Assembly (NCBI GenBank): GCA_964016885.1
Contig: OZ024753.1
Span: 30,256,001 to 30,320,000, forward strand
Reading direction: 5' to 3'
DNA length: 64,000 nucleotides
DNA from: Eledone cirrhosa
Taxonomy: Eukaryota
Shown: positions 37,013 to 49,966 of the stretch, piece after piece
Layout: each line of letters starts with the position of its first letter
How positions within the stretch are numbered: position 1 is the first letter of the stretch
Notes under the pieces: generated by a model
The model's database searches: none
Seen by the model: the letters and a program-made list of their open reading frames with translations, nothing else
What the model was told of the DNA's origin: nothing
Position numbers and translations under genes: made by a program

Positions 37013-37232
37013 CAGAGCTGGTGCTACCATTATGTCAACTAAGCAACCACATAGGGTTCTAAATTATTTGGGAGGAGAGGAATGACATTGATAGGATAAC
37101 TTAGGACATTAAATGATTTGGCAGAAGGAGAATGACATTGATGAGTTAGCCTAGGATACCAAATTATTTGGGAGAAGGGGAATGACATTGATGGGTTAAT
37201 CTAAGGCACTAGTTGCCTAAGTGCCGGCCCAG
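37013..37232. mobile_element. hAT-type MITE inside a minus-strand SINE
   Basis: Ends CAGAGCTGGTGCTA / TAAGTGCCGGCCCAG; decayed 8-bp TSD (5/8); internal ~50-bp triplication. Confidence 0.55.
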
Positions 37233-37429
37233 ACCACAAGAGGTTTTCACCGACGCTTTAACGCTTTTGGCCCTCGGCTTCTGATTTTTTCACTTTTCTC
37301 TTCATTAAACTGGTTACTGAAATAACGTAAATATTTTTTCTATAATTAAATAATTTCAACATAATTAACTTAAGTTGTTTAAACTGGAAACATCTGCAGC
37401 TATATTGTTTTACTTACAATCATTATTTG

Positions 37430-37650
37430 GGGTGTATTGGCAGTATCGGTAGAGCGTCGGACACCCTACTTCGCGGCATAGTTACGGCCCTTTACGTTCT
37501 GAGTTCGAGTTCTAATCCGGCCGAAGTTAGCTGTCTTTCATCCTTACGGATTCGATAAAATAAAGTACCAGTAATGCACTGGAGTTTATTTAATCGACAT
37601 TCCCCCTCCCTAAAATTGCTGGCCGTGTGCCTAAATCAGAAACCATTATT
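37430..37650 (+). mobile_element. Meta-like SINE
   Basis: ATTGGCAGTATCGGTAGAG...TTTCATCCTTACGG...AAAGTACCAG. Confidence 0.88.
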
Positions 37651-37909
37651 TGAAAAGGTTTTATTGTCATTCATTTTCCCTGTATGAGTGTGTGCGCTTA
37701 ATCCTGCTTTCTCTACGCTGACTCACAATCTGTGAACCTTTTTTGGTTTACACAAACGTTCATGTCGACCATGTGGTGGAGAGGAGGGGGAGCTAGAATC
37801 GAGGGAAAACAGAAGATGCCCTTGTTAGTCAGTTACATTAGTTATTTTTCTCACTGACTGCTACACAGAGACAACAGCTAGTGTTAGCAAGTAAATATAA
37901 ATATATATA

Positions 37910-37989
37910 CAAGGTGTCCCTCCAAAAATGTATACATATATTTATAAGAATGCTGTTGAAATGTGTATATATTTTTGGAGGACACCCTG
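37910..37989. mobile_element. Tc1/mariner-type mini-MITE
   Basis: TIR CA(A/G)GGTGTC...GACACCCTG in TA context; sister copy at 40960-41059. Confidence 0.75.
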
Positions 37990-38054
37990 TGTATATATAT
38001 ATATATATATATATACACGCGTACCCTAAAAACAAAATAAATAAATAAATAAAT

Positions 38055-38100
38055 AAAGGGACGTCACTCTAATTCAGCTGCGCTCACCAGCTGTTTCTCA
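38055..38100 (+). promoter_or_regulatory. Candidate promoter: CRE-like site and two E-boxes
   Basis: GGACGTCA plus CAGCTG twice, in a visibly CpG-retaining region. Confidence 0.35.
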
Positions 38101-38487
38101 ATCTCATCTACAACCCCACTCCCCTATTGAAGCTGTAAAGCGGTAATTTAGAGGAAGAGGTAGAAGCCATATTTCACTCTCTTTATTGACTCTATATTTC
38201 TAATTACCTCTCCTCCTACTTCACCCTTCCTTCATTCTTCCCATCATAACCATAACCGACTGGTGTAAACCAGACTATAAAGTTATAAAACTTGCAATGA
38301 ACATTTAGAAATCGATTTCTTTCTTATTTTTTTTTTTAACTTTACTTAGTTTTCATTTTTTAAAATTACTTTTGATCAAAAATGATCTTTCATGTATCAA
38401 TAACCGAAACTTCATAGTTATACATATATTTATCCATAAATAATTGGGTTGGAGTACCATGGCGTAGTGAAATAACCAAACGTCCTG

Positions 38488-38549
38488 ATGTCTTTAAAAG
38501 AGCTAAGTCTCACTGTTGCTGTTTGGAACCGACCTTCTATTCCTTACAG
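38488..38549 (+). other. Candidate first coding exon (MSLKELSLTVAVWNRPSIPY-R/S, phase 2)
   Basis: Donor CAG|GTGAGA at 38550; downstream of the promoter-like island. Confidence 0.45.
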
Positions 38550-38951
38550 GTGAGATATTTTTCTTTGATATATTCTGATAACAAAATGATGCCGTAGAAA
38601 GTTATTTTCTCGATCTATACTTCTATTTTGTTTGCTTCTTCAAGAATCTTAGAATTGCGTTCGTTTTCACACACTTGGAACCTTTATTAATGTCGACGTA
38701 AAAAAAGTTGTATATCTTTTCTAAGTTTGTAACTTCTTCATATTTGTCAGCTCCCATTTCCCTTTATCCCAAACCTCTCAACACTACGTAAGTTTTTCAA
38801 GGTTAAAATTCTGTTTATTATATTTCGAATATATAAAAGTTTTATACAGCTGTTAATTATAGAAATAATCGTTTAATTGTTATAAATGTTATATTTGTTC
38901 ATGTAGAACCCGCCGGTATCAATACAAATTCATCTTAATATAGCGTGTATG

Positions 38952-38954
<3 letters not shown>

Positions 38955-39028
<74 letters not shown>

Positions 39029-39089
39029 ATGTGTGAGTGTATGCTCTACTTTAAATATGTGATACTAAGTTGAATAATAGTCCTAGCAA

Positions 39090-39180
<91 letters not shown>
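38955..39180. repeat. (TA)n, (TG)n and (CT)n microsatellites
   Basis: Directly visible. Confidence 0.95.
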
Positions 39181-39182
<2 letters not shown>

Positions 39183-40119
39183 TTGGAATATAAAGCCGTA
39201 TAAACTGTTAATTTACCGAATGAGGGGCGGGAAGGGCATTTAGACGTGGTCGTTCGATCTGTTGGAAATAACAGCCAAATCTCTCTCAAATGACACCGCC
39301 ATTTAAAAAAAATGAAAGAGTAGACTGGTTAATATTTTGTCTGAAAAGAAAAGCCGGGATGGTCTCGGCAGGAATGTCTTTTCGATCAGAACTGCCATGA
39401 GACTAAATTACGACAATCGAAAGAAAGTTTTTAAAGTCTTCTCTCTCTCCCTGGAGGGAGTGAGAGAGTTTTGTAATATGAGTTACCAAATTTTTTTCTT
39501 TCATTTATTTTCTATTAATACCATCAGTCGTAGTCCATTTAATACCACTAGTCCTAAAATTCTAGTCCCATAAAAGTCATTCCTATGTAAAATAAAGATG
39601 CCTATACTCTACCAACGTATTGAGTACTTTTTCTAACTGTGGTCACCTCCCGATATATATATACACACATACACCCACACAATGACACTGATATACGTAG
39701 TTTCTCATCTCTTGAGTGTCTGACTTATCCCTCCCTCATGATTTTACTCCCAAACATCATATGATTGGTCACTAATACAACTACACTATCATCCTGAAAA
39801 TGTTTCTTTCTTCCGTTTTCTTCTTCTAATTCTATCCTAACCTTTGAATGATAATATTTAGGAAATTAATATTTTACGCCACCATCACCACTATAATGTT
39901 GATGAATAAAAGTTTTTTATGTTGACTGGAGTCTATAAAATTGTAACTAAAACACACATTGGAAATAAATCCCCTATAGGTTTATATTGTTGTTGTTTAC
40001 TCAGTTATATAGATCAGTTATTTATTTTCGATTGTTTGGGCTACCATAGCTAATTGATTATTGATTAAATGGATTTTTATATTTTGTTTTATATATTTAT
40101 CTATAGTGTGTGTGCGTAT

Positions 40120-40372
40120 ATCATCATCATAAAGATTGGTTGTCTTGCTCGTATAGGACTGTCTGGTGGGTTTTGTTTTCTACGGCAGGATGCCCTTCCT
40201 AACACCAACCACGTTTACAGTGTTGACTGGGAGGTTTTTACCGTGTTACCTACACGACCACATTACAGCGTGGACTGTGTGTTTTTTTGTCGTGACACCT
40301 ACACGACCTCATTTGTTTCGGACTGGATGTTGTGGTACCAACATAACTTTACATTGAGAGGGGTGGTGTGGT
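40120..40372 (-). mobile_element. RTE 3' UTR fragment
   Basis: Close reverse complement of 44875-45105. Confidence 0.85.
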
Positions 40373-40959
40373 ATATATATATATATATGGTGGCTGCCAA
40401 CTCGTTTTCGAGTACGGCCACTACTTTATATCCATGTAGGAGAACACCTACCGATGCGCTGAACGAGTGTGACTTTTTAGTCCAGCCAGCGACTTGAAAA
40501 CTCTGGTACAAACACTACACTTGTGACAATTATTGACACATAGTGCTGGGCCCATGGTACCATGTGACAAGTGCAGAGATCTCTCCAGATATAAAGCAAT
40601 GCCTGTGCCGTGAAGCTTTTATAGTGAGCAAAGGCACTGCACAAAGCCAGTCCCACTCTCTTAACCAAGATGATATTTACCAAAAAGAAGAACATGTCAA
40701 CATCATTGGATACCATCAGAGTTGCAGGTGTTATATCAGAGTTTTCCTTCTCCTAGAATTCTGCCTTGACAAAGGCTAAGGGGTCACCTCTCCTGGTGAT
40801 TTTGGATGGCCATTGACTCTTAAGAGCTCCTTTGCCCCTGACAGGTTTTGTTTTTAGTCCTGCAGGATGTCCAAAGTCACCCTCCTCACCAAGAAACCTT
40901 GGTGGGGTTGCCAGTTTAGTCCCCAACGACCCGACTCAATATATATATATATATATACA

Positions 40960-41059
40960 CAGGGTGTCTCCAAAAATGTATACACAGTTTGATTATCTGT
41001 ACTGGCAATATTTATTAGAATGCTATTGAAGTGTGTATACATTGTTTTGGGACACCCTG
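40960..41059. mobile_element. Tc1/mariner-type mini-MITE
   Basis: CAGGGTGTCTCCAAAAATG...CATTGTTTTGGGACACCCTG-TA. Confidence 0.78.
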
Positions 41060-41904
41060 TATGTGTATATATATAATATGTGTGTGTAAGTCCCAAGTTC
41101 AGTTGGGAGTAACCACAGTAATTATGGTACTCAATAGAAATGGCTTCTACAGGGCTAGAACTGTTTTATTCATCATGAGTTCACTTCATTACCACGGGGT
41201 TTGGGGTTCATTCTTGCTGCTTGGCTGTCTTCTAGAGCCTTGGGTTGATCAATCATTCTAGAAGTTAAATGTGTGTCTTCTATTAGATAGAGCCTCAGCT
41301 TGACCAAGGACAGAAGAATCCCTGTGTGTGTGTGTTTATACCCCATAACTTAGCAGTTCGACAAAGAAGATCGATAAAATAAGTACCAGGTTTGAAACAA
41401 GATCGGCTAAAAATCAAGGCAGTGCTCCAGTATGGCCGCCGTCTACTTAATGGCTGAAACCATTAATATAACAAGTGAGGAAATAAAGTAATTATAACAA
41501 CCTTTGTTTGATATTAATAAGAACTGTACATGCCAGTTGTATAAGCAGACAATCTCTCAGCAGAAGATTCATGAATTTGTATCGTTTCATTGCCAATGTA
41601 TGTCTAGGATAGACAGTTATAACTTTTCTTATCTTTATGGTTTAGTAGCAGAGTAGGAAGCACAGAGAGAGCATTCAATGGTTTTTATGCCAAACTAACT
41701 TCTATTGCTCTTTACTGCCAAAAATTAATCTTTTGCATTTGTTATTTATACTATTTCTGAGATAGCCCTCTCTCCAAACAAAGCAAAGCATAAAAAAATA
41801 TTGCCACAGTTTTTCCATGTGCAAACAATTTTACTGGAGCTTACTGTGTGTATGTAAAAATTAAACAGAAACAACAAAGCAAACAACACAGTGTATATAT
41901 GTAT

Positions 41905-42108
41905 ATTAAAACTTCCATGCTTCTGAGCTTCGCCGACACTACACCTGATATTCCTCCTCCATACACACGCACGCATGTATCTGTGTTATATCATGACTCC
42001 TACACTGTTCACTTTCCTGACATTTGTACATTATTCTATGTACTATACATGCACCTTTGATGGGTTGTAGTGCACCTGAGCACTGTACACAATAATTTCT
42101 TTATTATA
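41905..42108 (+). mobile_element. CR1-type LINE 3' end
   Basis: TAAAACTTCCATGCTTC...GTAGTGCACCTGAGCACTGTACACAATAATTTC. Confidence 0.65.
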
Positions 42109-42919
42109 TATACACACACACAGACCTTTTACACAGATACATTGCACATAGTATATAGTATACACACAGATTCAATATATACAATATATAGACTTATCAC
42201 ATGATGTCTAGCTCATGCAAGCATGGAAAAATAGACATTAATTGGTGATGATGATAGTAGACATACAACATCAATGCACATAGTATATAGTGTACACATA
42301 GATCAGTTATACCAGACACCAGCATGTCTGCACACAAAGCAGACAGAACTGACCAGACTTTCAATAGAATCTTCATTATCGAAGTCTTCACCAACAACAA
42401 CCATATTTCTAATGAAAAAATTGCCTATTATTTTTATATTGCTTTGAAAATAATCAAAAATTTGGAAGGCTTTAATAATATAACTAACTTTCTTCTTATT
42501 GGTGTTTGGAACGGAATTATGATGAAATGTTTTGAGATAAATCTATGCTGACTGCTAGGTCATCCATCTGTCTTTCTGACATAATGAGTTTTAATTGTGC
42601 ATTTACTCTGTCAATGCAAGCTACAGTCTTTCGCTTATTGAAATCTTTTGATCCTGACTGTTGACTTGACGTACTTCTGCTCAACATTTAGTTTGAATCA
42701 CTATTGACTTAACTCAAGTTCCTCTGCTGATATCACACATGCCACTACATGTTGGGGTTTTTTAATTTTTTATTACTAATCAGATTTATTGCTCTAGCAA
42801 TTAAGATTTAATATAACTCCTACCCTTCAGCCGGTCTAGCATAGTTGGACTTACCAGGAGTTAGACTGTTGTCAGTGTAGCCCTCAGATCAAACAAGCCA
42901 CTCCACCACAGCAAGGTAC

Positions 42920-43128
42920 TTAACCCTTTCTTTAGCATTCACATTACACTATATTTACTATATTTTCACAATAAACACTCAATTTCACATAATATTGAAT
43001 CTACGAGATTTTGATATTATTGAGAACAATACCTTAACATAAGTATTAATGGACAGTTACGGCCAGTTTCAACAGAAAGAGGTGAGAATTATGGCTGGAT
43101 CTGGCCAGTTTAAATGCTAAAGGGTTAA
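42920..43128 (+). mobile_element. MITE family A
   Basis: TTAA termini and TIRs. Confidence 0.88.
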
Positions 43129-43139
43129 TCATATATACA

Positions 43140-45184
43140 AAGACAGTCTCCCCCACATCGATCCAATAGAGGGACCAGCAGTGTTAGTCGAAGGTAGTAT
43201 AATAAGTAAGGCAATCAAAGATATGAAGACGGGTAAGGCGGCTGGGCCTTCGGAAATAGTTGCTGAAATGCTGAAAGCTTCTGGAACGGTGGGACACACC
43301 ATGGTCACCCGGATAGTAAACCAAGTCATACAGAATGGAGTTGTTCCGAAGGACTGGCATAGCAGCATCATCATTAACTGCTACAAGGGTAAAGGAGATG
43401 CCCTAGATAGGGGTAACTATAGAGGTATTAAATTAATCGACCAGGTCATGAAGGTCACAGAAAAAGTAATAGCGCAACTAATCAGAGAGAGAATTGATCT
43501 AGATTAAATGCAGTTCGGGTTTGTGTCAGGTAAAAGTACCACAGACGCTCTTTTCATTGTACGACAACTACAGGAGTAGTACCTAGCTAAAAGTAAACCC
43601 CTATACTTAGCTTTTGTCGACTTGGAGAAAGCCTTTGACAGAGTCCCCCGTTCCATTATCTGGTGGGCTCTTAGAAAACTAGGTGTTGATGAATGGCTTG
43701 TGATTGCTATACAAGCCATGTATAAAGAACAGTCAGCAAGGTTAGAATTAACAACAAATATAGTGAAGAGTTTAGCGTAAAAGTTGGTGTTTTTAGCCCA
43801 CTACTATTTATTATTGCTCTTCAGGCTATAACAGTGGAGTTCAAGACCGGCTGCCCATGGAAACTCCTATACGCAGATGATCTAACGCTCATAGCTGAAT
43901 CAATGGCCGAGCTAGAGAAGAAATTCCAAACATGGAAGCATGGCCTAGAATCAAAAGGCCTTAAAATTAACCTGGCTAAGACTAAAGTTCTAGTTTGTAG
44001 GAAGGAAAATAGGGCACCGGTCCCATCCGGGAAATGGCCATGCTCAGTGTGTAGGAAAGGAGTAGGTAGAAACTCCATTTTATGTCCCAAATGCAAAGTA
44101 TGGGTGCATAAAAGATGTAGTGGGATCACAGGTAAGCTAACTAAGAATATAGATTTTATATGTGGCCGGTGCTCTGGTGCAATAAGTAGCAGCAAGTGCC
44201 CACAGAATACTAGCTCATTCCATTGCACAGATGGTTCTATAGAAATAGTGGACACCTTCCGTTACTTGGGTGACAAAATCAGCAGTGGTGGAGGGTGCTC
44301 TGAAAGTACAGTAGCTAGAGTCAGAACTGGATGGAAAAAGTTCAGAGAGCTTATACCACTATTAGCCGCTAAAGGGTTCTCTCTAAAAATGAAAGGCAGG
44401 CTGTATGATGCATACAAACAGCAATGTTACATGGCAGTGAGACCTGGGCATTGTGTGCAGACTGGAGAGGAACGAAGCTTGCATGCTCCACTGGATGTGT
44501 AATAGTAATATATGTGAACGGCAAAGCATAAATGAACTAAGGGAAAAATTAGAAATAAGAGGAATCAGATGTTGTTTACTCGAGAGAAGACTACGTTGGT
44601 ATGGTCACTTGATGCACATGAAAGACGACAGCTGTATAAAAAAGTGCAGGGCAATAAAAATAGATGGTAGGCAGACCCAGAAAAACCTGGGACGACTTGA
44701 TAGATTCCGACCTCACACACTTACACCTCTCCAAGACAATGTCACTGGACCGAGATCTTTGACGCTACACAGTAATAGAGAAGACCCGCCTTACCTAAGT
44801 ACAAAGTGAAACCTACTACAGTCAGTAGGCACCTCTAACAAAAATACACCCCTGTCCCACTACCCCCACCCCATCCACACCACCCCTTTCAATGTAAAGT
44901 TATGTTGGTACCACAACATCCAGCCCAAAACAAATGAGGTCGTGTAGGTGTCATGACAAAAAAACACACAGTCCACGCTGTAATGTGGCCGTGTAGGTAA
45001 CACGGTAAAAACCTCCCAGTCCACACTGTAAATGTGGTTGGTGTTAGGAAGGGCATCCAGCCGTAGAAAACCCACCAGACAGTCCTATGCGAGCAAGACA
45101 ACCACTCTTGCCTCAAGTGGGAAAACTCCCGTCCAAACCCATGCAAGCGTGGAAGATGGACGTTAAACGATGATGATGATGAAG
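43140..45184 (+). mobile_element. 5'-truncated RTE LINE with PHD-containing RT, disrupted by stops and frameshifts
   Basis: KAAGPSEI, GNYRGIKL, QFGF, FVDLEKAFD, LLYADD, YLG, WYGH; (GAT)n tail; 10-bp TSD CATATATACA at 43130-43139 and 45185-45194. Confidence 0.95.
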
Positions 45185-45592
45185 CATATATACACACTAT
45201 TGGATGGCCATTGCCTCTTATGACTTCTTTCGATCTTTGATGGGTTTTGTTTTTCATCCCATGGGTTGTCTAAAAATCACTCTCCTCAGAGTGATTGATG
45301 ACCTGGCCATGCAATATGTTGTACAGAGTTCCAGGTTGCCACTAGTGCTCATGAGCGACCTGGCTTAGATATATAACTATGACATTAGTGTAATCATGTT
45401 GTATACTAGAGTTTCACTGGGTGAGTCACTGATAAATAATATGGTTCACTACAATATTTCAAATGAAAGACACTGCAATGTGTTTCAATTAGATTTTAAA
45501 ATAATCCAAAGATATGAAAGAATTCAGTAAAATAACTTTTTCATTTTTAAGCTGATACTTTGAACATTACCAACATTACTTACCAAAATTTC

Positions 45593-45811
45593 TTAACCTT
45601 TTAGTATTTACTTTACACTATATTTACTATTACATTTTCATGGTTAAGGCTTTACCTCATATAATTATCTCAGATAATATTGAATCTATGAGATTTTGAT
45701 GTTATTTATTTTGAGAACAATACCTTAACACAAGTATGAGCAGCTGGTTTGAACAGAAAGAGGTGAGAAAATTCTGGCCGGATACGGCCAGTTTAAATGC
45801 TAAAGGGTTAA
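45593..45811 (+). mobile_element. MITE family A nested in a family B MITE (~45450-45909)
   Basis: TTAA termini; flanks match family B body and end. Confidence 0.85.
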
Positions 45812-46631
45812 ATAAAATTATGACTGGAGGTTTTAATATAAGTATGAATATCTTTAAAGGAACAGTTTTGTATCCAAGAACTAGGGCGGGTTGATATCAA
45901 AAGGATTAAGTATTCTGTCAATAGTTTTCAACCTTCTTTATATTTCAGCACCTGAACTGACTTACTTGATATCTTAGAAATAATCGGTGGAAAAGATCCT
46001 TTTAAAATTTAGTGTGGTTCCCTATGGGAAAACCTCATGACACATCATCATCATCATTCAACATCTGTTTTCCCTGCTAGCAGGGATTGGGTGAGTTGCC
46101 ACAGACCAAGGTCACTAATTAATCAGTTACTGACCTCTCAAATGGGCAGGGGTCTGCTTCTTGGTAACATATGTTCCTGCACTCTACAGAGTCCACTGAG
46201 TGCATCTTATTGTGGCACCAACACTAGATAGATTGTCATATCTTTGACACAGTTGAAGAGATATCATGATGCTTTATTTGACAGGTTTTCTATGACTGGA
46301 TGTCTTTCCTGTTACAAACCACATTACAGAGTGTACTGGGTGAAGTTATTAAATAGATCCCCAACATTAGCTGTTAATTTTAAAGTGTTTATATTAATCT
46401 AAAAACCTTCCATCATAATTTTATGTTTGTTAAGTTATGCTCCAAACAATAAACTTAATGGGAAAGTTAGTTATATCACTAAATGCCTTAAATGCTTGAT
46501 AATTATTGGAAAAATTATTTGAAAATTAAAGACAATGCCTTTCATTAGAAATATGGCAACACGAATTAAGGGGAGAGGGACATATTAGATAATATAGCTC
46601 TAGATATTCCTAAAATATGGTAACACAAGGG

Positions 46632-46844
46632 TTAATCCATTAGCATTTAAACCGGCTGTATCTGGACAGAATTCTCTCATCTCTTTCTGTTCAAACCAGC
46701 TGTAACCGGTCGCTCAATTGAGGTTAAGGTATTGTTCTCAAAATAAAAAATATCAAAATCATAGGTTTGATATTATTTGAGGTAAAGCCTTTATCATGAA
46801 AATATAATAGTAAATATAGAGTAATGTAAATGCTAAAGGGTTAA
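46632..46844 (-). mobile_element. MITE family A
   Basis: TTAA termini and TIRs. Confidence 0.88.
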
Positions 46845-47291
46845 AGAGGGAGCTACACATTAGATAATATAGCTCTAGATATCCTCCAAAAGTGTGATGG
46901 TCATGCTTGGAATATTTTCGATTGTAAGTCTACTCCATCAACATTCACCTGATCAACACGGCCACCACAAAACACATGTCTGCTGGACTGTAGTAGATGG
47001 TTATACAGTTTATTTTCATTACCACAAGCTATTTTAAAACAGACTAGTTATTATTTAAAATAGTTTTCATTTTACATTTTTACTTAATAGGCAATTGTAT
47101 TAATCCTAATGTCGAGTTAAGTACGTTGTTTAGTCATTGTATTCAGCAAGGAAGAGGAAAAGGAGGAGGAGATATTGTGACTGGACTTATTATAACTCTG
47201 AATATAAATATAATTATTGCTCATGTTATATTATTATGTGTGGTATAAAAGTTTTAATAGAGTGGATATATTTATATAGTTCATTTACATT

Positions 47292-47473
47292 GGTGGATTG
47301 GCAGTATCGGTAGAGGGTCGGACACCATGCTTTGACACATAGTTACGGCCCTTTCCATTCCGAGTTAAAATCCCGCCGAGGTCAACTTTGCCTTTCATCC
47401 TTACGGGGTCGATAAAATAAAGTACCAGTAATGTACTGGATAATTGCTGGCCTTGTGCCAGAAACAATTATTA
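47292..47473 (+). mobile_element. Meta-like SINE
   Basis: Full head, core and tail. Confidence 0.9.
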
Positions 47474-48400
47474 CTTACTTAACCTACAACAAAAGAAATA
47501 GACATTTTTGTGTTCAGACAAAGGCTATTGTATTATATAAGTAATATATATGTTGTTATTCAATATATATGTTGTTATTCAATATATATGTTGTTATTCA
47601 ATATAATTCAGTTGTGAAAATAGGTTATTCCAAAACTGGGAAAGTTATTAACTGATTTTTTCTTTTTATAGAACTGCATAGCTGCCATTGTTTTAATTAT
47701 TTAGCTTAACTCTTTACATCCTGTATTGATTTAGCAGAAACTGTCTAAATTAGGGTTTGTTAATTCAAATATTTATAGTATCTTTATAAGTGGATAGATT
47801 GTTGTGAAAATATTCAGTATTAGAGAAAAAGGCTTCAATTTTTAATGTGATGCAATCAATGTTTTTTAGTTTTCAAGAATGTCTTATTAATGTAGCTTAA
47901 TGTAGGACAGGATGTTATGGGAATGGTGTACTATCTACTGCATATTTAGGTTGTTTTATAAGGAGAAAGGAGCTTTGAATTTAAATCTTGCTGAAGTCAA
48001 CTTTGTCATTCATTTTTTTAAGGTTTATAAAATATAATACTATTCTTCTTCCTCTAAATTTAAGGACATATGCCTACATTAAAAATCAGTATGATTAACT
48101 TTGATTAAGATGACCTTTGGCTAATTTGGGTTACGAAATGCCAAGCTGTTTCATTGAAAAATGATATTGCAGGAAATTCTTTGTGGATCCAGGAACCGGA
48201 TCAAACAGCATCCTGTCATGACATCAGTTAGTAGTCCAATGATAAATTACTGAAGATAAACACTTGTATCTTATGAAACTCAAACCATTTGAATTAAGTA
48301 GTAGACATTTTCTCTGTTAATATTTTCTCTTTGTTTTGTAAAGTCCATATGAAAAAGAAAACTTTTATCCTTTAACCTATAAATGGATTCTAAAAGACTT

Positions 48401-48604
48401 TTAACCCTTTAGCATTTACATTACTTTATATATACTATTATATTTTCACGGTAAAGGCTTTACCTCACATAATTATCTCACATAATATAGAATCTATGAG
48501 ATTTTGATATTATTTATTTTGAATGACCAGTTACAACCTGTTTGAACAGAAAGAGGTGAGAGAATTCTAGCCGGATACAGCCAGTTTAAATGCTAAAGGG
48601 TTAA
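48401..48604 (+). mobile_element. MITE family A
   Basis: TTAA-CCCTTTAGCATTTA...TAAATGCTAAAGGG-TTAA. Confidence 0.92.
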
Positions 48605-48614
48605 GGTTGTTATT

Positions 48615-48822
48615 TTAACCCTTTCATTACCTTATTTCTAATAAGGATATATGACCTTTCTGTTTTAATTATCAAAATAATCAAGAATTATGAGAGGTTT
48701 AGTGAATAACTAACTTTCAGACAAATATCTAACTATTATCTGGTAAATAATGTAAGATGAAGGTTTAACTTTGAACACTTTAATAGAGGGAGTTTAGGGC
48801 AGGTTGGTATTTAAAGGGTTAA
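48615..48822 (+). mobile_element. piggyBac-type TTAA MITE family B
   Basis: TTAA-CCCTTTCATTACC...GGTATTTAAAGGG-TTAA. Confidence 0.8.
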
Positions 48823-49045
48823 GCCATTGTTTTTTTAATTGGTTTTGTTTTGACACTTCAGTATTGCCATATTTCTTGGAATTGAGTTAGTTATTCAGAT
48901 TATGTAGCTGTTTTCTTTTGTAGTTCTCACCATACGTGTGTCTATAAAACCACTAATTACCTCATGAAATATTGATCCTAGTTTATGAAGAACATTCTGA
49001 TCAGCAGACATGAATACTGATAGATGTGTGATAATGTATTGATTC

Positions 49046-49297
49046 TTAACCCTTTCATTACCATATTTCTGATGATAGAAACTATCTATTATTTTCAAAT
49101 CATTTTGAAAATAATCAAGAATTTGGAAGGATTTAATAATATAACTAGCTTTATCATTATTAAGCTGGTATTTATGTATGGTTCTTACATAAAATTATGA
49201 TAAAAGGTTTTTAGATAAATATAAACACTTTAAAACAAATGGTTTTATATGTTAGAAACAGAACTGGTTTCAGGTGGTTTGGTATCAAAATAGTTAA
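49046..49297 (+). mobile_element. MITE family B
   Basis: TTAA-CCCTTTCATTACC...GGTATCAAAATAG-TTAA; other copies near 35911, 53208, 54524 and 56866. Confidence 0.8.
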
Positions 49298-49704
49298 TGC
49301 TTGTTTCCTTAGTTTTCTTGTGTTATATACAAAGTTTGCTCTGAAACCATTTTCAATTTACAATTTAAAACATGGCCATGTGATTAAGGTATATATACTG
49401 CACTACCACATGGTTTTGAGTTGTTCTATTGCATGGAACCTTGGTCATGTCTTCTACTATGGCCTCCAGTTGATCAATGCCTTGTGAGTGAAATTTGGTA
49501 GACAGAAACTGTGTGGATGTCCTTCATATATGTATATATATGTTTGTGTGTCTATGTTTGTTTTCTGTTTAGAGAAAAGAGATCAATAAAATAAAACTTG
49601 AAAAATATATACTGGGGCCAATATGATGGACTAAATCCCTTGAAGATAGTGCTGATATCTAATGACTGAAACTAGTAAAAGAATAGATATTATTGTTTAA
49701 AGGG

Positions 49705-49893
49705 CAGTGGATTGGCAGTATCGGTAGAGCATCAGACACCATGCTTTGTAGTATATTTATGGGCCTTTACATTCTGAGTTCGAATCCCGCCAAGGTTAAC
49801 TTTGCCTTTCATCCTTACGGGGTCAATAAAATATAGATCAGTAATGCACTGGGGTAATAGCTGGCCTTGTGCCAAAAGTACAAAACAATTATT
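49705..49893 (+). mobile_element. Meta-like SINE
   Basis: Head, B-box GAGTTCGAATCC and core. Confidence 0.88.
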
Positions 49894-49932
49894 GTTTTAA
49901 AAGGTCTTCCTTTGAGCTTTAGAAATCACTAA

Positions 49933-49966
<34 letters not shown>

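Noticed and set aside
48160-48255. Short ORF MILQEILCGSRNRIKQHPVMTS with a possible GTTAGT donor
   Set aside because: Weak support, no recognisable motif, and phase differs from the main candidate exons.
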